Below, piece by piece: positions 53,655 through 57,374 of a stretch of DNA of 57,374 nt. A program made the translations under genes and the position numbers. The stretch is from IMG/VR virus record IMGVR_UViG_3300005805_000103, positions 1 through 57,374 of that record. One strand, written 5' to 3'. Numbering within the stretch: the first letter of the stretch is position 1; every line of letters begins with the position of its first letter. The stretch is from a virus. Lineage: Duplodnaviria; Caudoviricetes. The notes beneath the pieces were generated by a model. It saw only the letters and a program-made list of their open reading frames with translations. It was not told the DNA's origin and did no database searches.

Positions 53655-55734
53655 CAAGGTTGGCGTTGGTGCCATCACTACTAAACGAAAAAAGGTTTTC
53701 AATTCCGGCGGAACAGTTACTGCTCCAACTCGCGACGTCGTTGATTTTGAAAAATATAAATCAATGACTAGCGACAATAAAGAATTGTCAGTTGATTTTA
53801 AACCTCTCAATTTTGATAAGTTGATTTCGTCTGGCGCATTTCGAGTAACCAACCGTGGGCGCGATGACGGTTCGTCGGAAGACGACTCCGATTTGGGATT
53901 TTCAATCGTTTCTCGTTACAACGATGCTGTTGGTGGTAATACTGGCACATCAAAATGGAAAGACAATTCTAAGTTTTTACCAGTTGTAAGAGAAATGTTT
54001 ACGTCTCGACCATCTGATATCGGTGCTCACAAATACAAACAAATTGTAGAGTCCGCTAAAGATTTGGGACTAACTGAAGATGAAATTTTTATGAAACCAA
54101 AATCAAGCGGGTTCGCAAAGGGCGGAATCATCACTACTAACAAAAAGAAGTTGTTTGCCGAAGGCGGCATGATGGATGACGGCAAAGATGTCGATCCTGT
54201 CAGTGGTAATGACGTGCCCACCGGCAGTCTTGCCGAAGAGGTGAGGGACGATGTTGACGCCAAGTTGTCGCCGGGTGAGTTCGTCTTCCCCGCTGACGTC
54301 GTTCGCTTCATTGGTCTTGAGCGTCTGATGCAAATGCGTGATGAAGCCAAGAAGGGCTTGTCGCGCATGAACGACATTGGTCAGATGGGCAATGCCGAAG
54401 AAGTCGGTGAGAAAGCTGACGATACATACGAAGACGATGATGAATTCGAAAGCGAAATCGATGACATCATGAAGGAAGTTGACCGTGAAGAAACGGGTCG
54501 GCAGACGGAAATGGCATTTAATACTGGTGGCTTTGTCAATCCGAGCTATTACGATTTGACTAAGGCACCGAAGAATCCCGCATTAGATATTCGCTACTTT
54601 AACGACGCAGAAGGTAAAACCTTTTATATGCCGTTCATTAACGGCAAGCCGATGAAGCCGATGCCAAATGGTGCGGTGCAAACGGGTATGCCAAGTGGTG
54701 GCGATGGAAAGAAGACGATTCCGACTACTCCGGGTTCTAGTTCTGATTTGAAGGATTTTGGTAAGGGTCTTGCCGTCGTTAGTGGCGCAACTTCGACTTT
54801 GCCTTCCGGTGGTGGTTCTCGGACAGACGACACCACAGCCGGAGCAGGTACGAGCGTAAGCGTTGCCGGTACGTACACCGGCAGCAATCTTGCTGACTTT
54901 GGTCGCTCTGACATGATTTATAATGTTGGTGGCAGCGGTCAAGCCGGTGAACTTGTCACCGAAGACCTGTGGCAAAACAGTGCTCAGAAGTGGCAAGTAA
55001 ATCTTGGTAGTGCAGCATTGTCAACGCTGGCTTCGGCAATGGGCGTTCCCGGCATTTTGACATTGGGGCTACGCGCTGCCGCTAACAAGTATGGCGTTGG
55101 TGCCGTCAATAGCTTCTTTGCCCGCGCCAATCAAGAAGCCGTAGCAAGGGCGGGCGGAATTGACATCAATGCACCGGGCGGTGTAGCCGCTGCCGCGTCG
55201 CAAATCGATCAACTCCGCGACAGGGGTGACACCACTACTGCTGCGTCTGCCGGTGCGCTCGGCACTGGTGGTAGAGCCGCTGACGTTGGACAATACGTAG
55301 CTCAATCGCTCGCAAACACTGGGCTGACTGATTCCGAAATTGCTGCTGCTGCTCAAAGTGCGGTTAATGCTGTTCTTCGTGGTAAGTCAATGAACGACGC
55401 TGTCAGCGAAGCAATCACGGCTGCAAAGCCTGATTTTGGCGTTCGACTTTCCGACATGGATGCCGCGCCTGACGACGAGGGTAGTTTATATGGCGGAACT
55501 TTTGGCGTATTGCAATCAGATATGGATTCTGCGGCACTGACCGCTCTTTCAAAAGACATTGGCTTTGACTACAGCACAATGGGCAGCACCACTTCAACAG
55601 ACACATCGAAATATACAAGGGACTACAAAAATCAAGATGAAAAATTCTTCGACGATATCCCTGATGCGTTTACACTAGCAGGAGCCGGTCGTCTTCTAGA
55701 AAGATTTGAAACCGACGAGCAGCGACAAAACTGA
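53629..55734 (+). CDS. Head-morphogenesis-region protein with DxVxAxLSxGEFV domain and four GG motifs
   Basis: DPVSGN.VP.GS..EEVRDDVDAKLSPGEFVFPADVVRFIG; between portal and scaffold. Confidence 0.65.
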   Translation: MGFGKKRSSKVGVGAITTKRKKVFNSGGTVTAPTRDVVDFEKYKSMTSDNKELSVDFKPLNFDKLISSGAFRVTNRGRDDGSSEDDSDLGFSIVSRYNDAVGGNTGTSKWKDNSKFLPVVREMFTSRPSDIGAHKYKQIVESAKDLGLTEDEIFMKPKSSGFAKGGIITTNKKKLFAEGGMMDDGKDVDPVSGNDVPTGSLAEEVRDDVDAKLSPGEFVFPADVVRFIGLERLMQMRDEAKKGLSRMNDIGQMGNAEEVGEKADDTYEDDDEFESEIDDIMKEVDREETGRQTEMAFNTGGFVNPSYYDLTKAPKNPALDIRYFNDAEGKTFYMPFINGKPMKPMPNGAVQTGMPSGGDGKKTIPTTPGSSSDLKDFGKGLAVVSGATSTLPSGGGSRTDDTTAGAGTSVSVAGTYTGSNLADFGRSDMIYNVGGSGQAGELVTEDLWQNSAQKWQVNLGSAALSTLASAMGVPGILTLGLRAAANKYGVGAVNSFFARANQEAVARAGGIDINAPGGVAAAASQIDQLRDRGDTTTAASAGALGTGGRAADVGQYVAQSLANTGLTDSEIAAAAQSAVNAVLRGKSMNDAVSEAITAAKPDFGVRLSDMDAAPDDEGSLYGGTFGVLQSDMDSAALTALSKDIGFDYSTMGSTTSTDTSKYTRDYKNQDEKFFDDIPDAFTLAGAGRLLERFETDEQRQN

Positions 55735-55811
55735 TATAATAGAGTCATAGGTACAGGCAACCTATTTCCCCGCAGTAGCGGCTACAAATAGCCCCAAAGA
55801 AAGGAAACCAA

Positions 55812-56690
55812 ATGGCTGAAGTAGTGATTCCGACACAAACCCGTGTCGCCCCGTTCTCTATGCGTCGCAACGCAAATGATGATCGTATTAAGAGGGAAGA
55901 AGAAGAGCTTGAGAAGCTGAAGACTCAGCAGGCTCAACCAACGGATAAGCAGGAGACAAACAATGAAGAAGACCCTTCTGACGGAAATCTCAATGCTGAA
56001 GAGAAAACTTTCAAGAAGCGTTACGGAGATTTGCGACGCCATTCGCAAAAAGTGGAAACTGATCTTCGAAAAGAAATCGACGACCTAAAGAAGTTGGTTG
56101 AGCAATCTACCGAGAAGCAGATGAAGCTTCCGGCACGCGATGAAGACATCGATGCGTGGGCAAAGCAGTATCCCGATGTCTATCGCATTGTTGAGTCTAT
56201 TGCGCTAAAGAAGGCTAAGGAAACGCAGAAGACTCTTGAAGAGCGGATGAAGCAGGTCGATGAAACTGAGCGTGAAACCGCTCGGCAAAAGGCTCGTGTG
56301 GAGCTTTTGAAGATTCATCCCGATTTTGATAAAATTGAAGATGACGACGACTTCCATGACTGGGCAGAAGAGCAACCAAAATGGGTGCAAGATGCCCTCT
56401 ACGAAAACGACACCGACTATCGCTCGGCTGCTCGTGCCATCGATCTCTACAAAGCAGACAAAGGATTGTCAGGAAAGAAGTCAAAACAAGACGATAGCCG
56501 CGCTGCTGCGCAAGCCGTGAATACTCGCGGCAGGTCTGCGCCGAATGCGACGGCTGATCAAGAAGGTGTTTTCTACGAAAGCCAAGTACAGAAAATGTCT
56601 ATGCAGGAGTACGAGGCTAAACAAGAAGACATTGTCAAAGCTATGCGTTCCGGCAAGTTCGTTTACGATATCACTGGAAACGCACGCTAA
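55812..56690 (+). CDS. Capsid scaffolding protein
   Basis: Charged coiled coil, FKKRYGDLRRH, HPDF, AIDLYK; directly upstream of capsid gene. Confidence 0.8.
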   Translation: MAEVVIPTQTRVAPFSMRRNANDDRIKREEEELEKLKTQQAQPTDKQETNNEEDPSDGNLNAEEKTFKKRYGDLRRHSQKVETDLRKEIDDLKKLVEQSTEKQMKLPARDEDIDAWAKQYPDVYRIVESIALKKAKETQKTLEERMKQVDETERETARQKARVELLKIHPDFDKIEDDDDFHDWAEEQPKWVQDALYENDTDYRSAARAIDLYKADKGLSGKKSKQDDSRAAAQAVNTRGRSAPNATADQEGVFYESQVQKMSMQEYEAKQEDIVKAMRSGKFVYDITGNAR

Positions 56691-56722
56691 CGCTTGACAA
56701 ATATAAAGAAGTCTGTTCTAAC

Positions 56723-56757
56723 GGGGGCGTTGTCAGAAATGGCAACGTCCTTTTTTT
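56723..56757 (+). terminator. Intrinsic terminator after scaffold gene
   Basis: GGGGGCGTTGTCA-GAAA-TGGCAACGTCCT followed by a T run. Confidence 0.7.
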
Positions 56758-56907
56758 GTTCCTGTCAAGTAAGTTTTGTCGAATACCCAAGCGGGTAGCC
56801 GTCAATCCTAATCGAACTCTAGAGCGATTAGCATTGACCACCTATCTCCAGCAAGGCCCGAATAAGACGCAGACAGATAGTAAATGCTAATATAGGAGAA
56901 TACTCAA

Positions 56908-57374
56908 ATGGCATTCGCTTCTGCTCCCGGTTGGGGCAACCTTCCTAACGGTAACTGGTCCCCGGTTATCTATTCCAAGCAAGTTCAGCTTGCTTTCCGT
57001 AAGTCGTCTGTGGTTGAAGCTATCACCAACAACGACTATTTTGGTGAAATCGCTAACGTTGGTGACTCTGTCAAGATCATCAAGGAACCCGAAATCGCTG
57101 TCAAGAACTACGCCCGTGGCACGCAAGTTACGGCTCAAGACCTTGACGACAGCGACTTCACGCTGGTGGTTGACAAGTCGGCCTACTTCGCATTCAAGGT
57201 GGACGATATCGAGTCTTCGCAGTCGCATGTGAACTGGATGTCTCTGGCTTCTGATCGTGCTGCCTATCGCCTGAAGGACAACTACGACCAAGACGTGCTT
57301 GGCTACATGACCGGCTTCCAACAAGCCGCTCTGGGTGCTAACGCCACCGTGGCTCGTACCACCGCCCCCGGCAC
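56908..57374 (+). CDS. Major capsid protein, N-terminal part (runs off window end)
   Basis: RBS AGGAGA; MAFASAPGWGNLPNGNWSPVIYSKQVQLAFRKSSVVEAITNNDYFGEIANVGDSVKIIKEPEI...FAFKVDDIE. Confidence 0.93.
   Translation, partial: MAFASAPGWGNLPNGNWSPVIYSKQVQLAFRKSSVVEAITNNDYFGEIANVGDSVKIIKEPEIAVKNYARGTQVTAQDLDDSDFTLVVDKSAYFAFKVDDIESSQSHVNWMSLASDRAAYRLKDNYDQDVLGYMTGFQQAALGANATVARTTAPG

Noticed and set aside
56908-57374. Window as a perfectly closed circle
   Set aside because: Joining the end to position 1 breaks the capsid reading frame and gives only ~220 aa; an internal piece of the gene is missing
1-57374. Stop-codon reassignment or a phage-encoded RNA polymerase
   Set aside because: Genes are full length and densely packed in the standard code; no single- or multi-subunit RNAP motifs seen and promoters are sigma70-like

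Overview
Nearly complete, circularly permuted genome (~57.4 kb) of a podovirus-like tailed dsDNA phage. The major capsid gene is split across the window ends (N-terminal part 56908-57374, C-terminal part 1-195). The two parts do not join in frame, so a short internal piece is missing. There are two convergent arms that meet at a bidirectional terminator (~21320-21345) and diverge from a non-coding region (~44050-45070) that probably holds the genome ends. The plus arm (45130 onward, wrapping to 21320) encodes small basic proteins, TerS, TerL, portal, scaffold, capsid, tail tube proteins, a tail fibre with a C-terminal chaperone, lysis genes with an inserted HNH gene, and large internal (ejection) virion proteins. 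The minus arm (43946 down to 21348) begins with small early genes in repeated promoter/leader/RBS cassettes. It continues with a DUF932-like protein, an ADP-ribosylglycohydrolase, a tyrosine recombinase, a T7-like primase-helicase, a family B DNA polymerase, SSB, a 5'-3' exonuclease, ThyX, MazG, a class II ribonucleotide reductase and PhoH. No RNA polymerase, tRNA or CRISPR array was seen. Most notable: (1) a recurring [FMY]-x-x-G-G-x-hydrophobic peptide motif, 14 copies in 6 late proteins, suggesting a virion cargo targeting or processing signal; (2) a putative virion-borne ADP-ribosyltransferase domain together with an early ADP-ribosylglycohydrolase; (3) an rRNA-type hairpin+boxA antitermination signal and an adjacent small-RNA candidate; (4) a tail-fibre module exchange scar. 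Family names are recalled from motif recognition; no database search was run.
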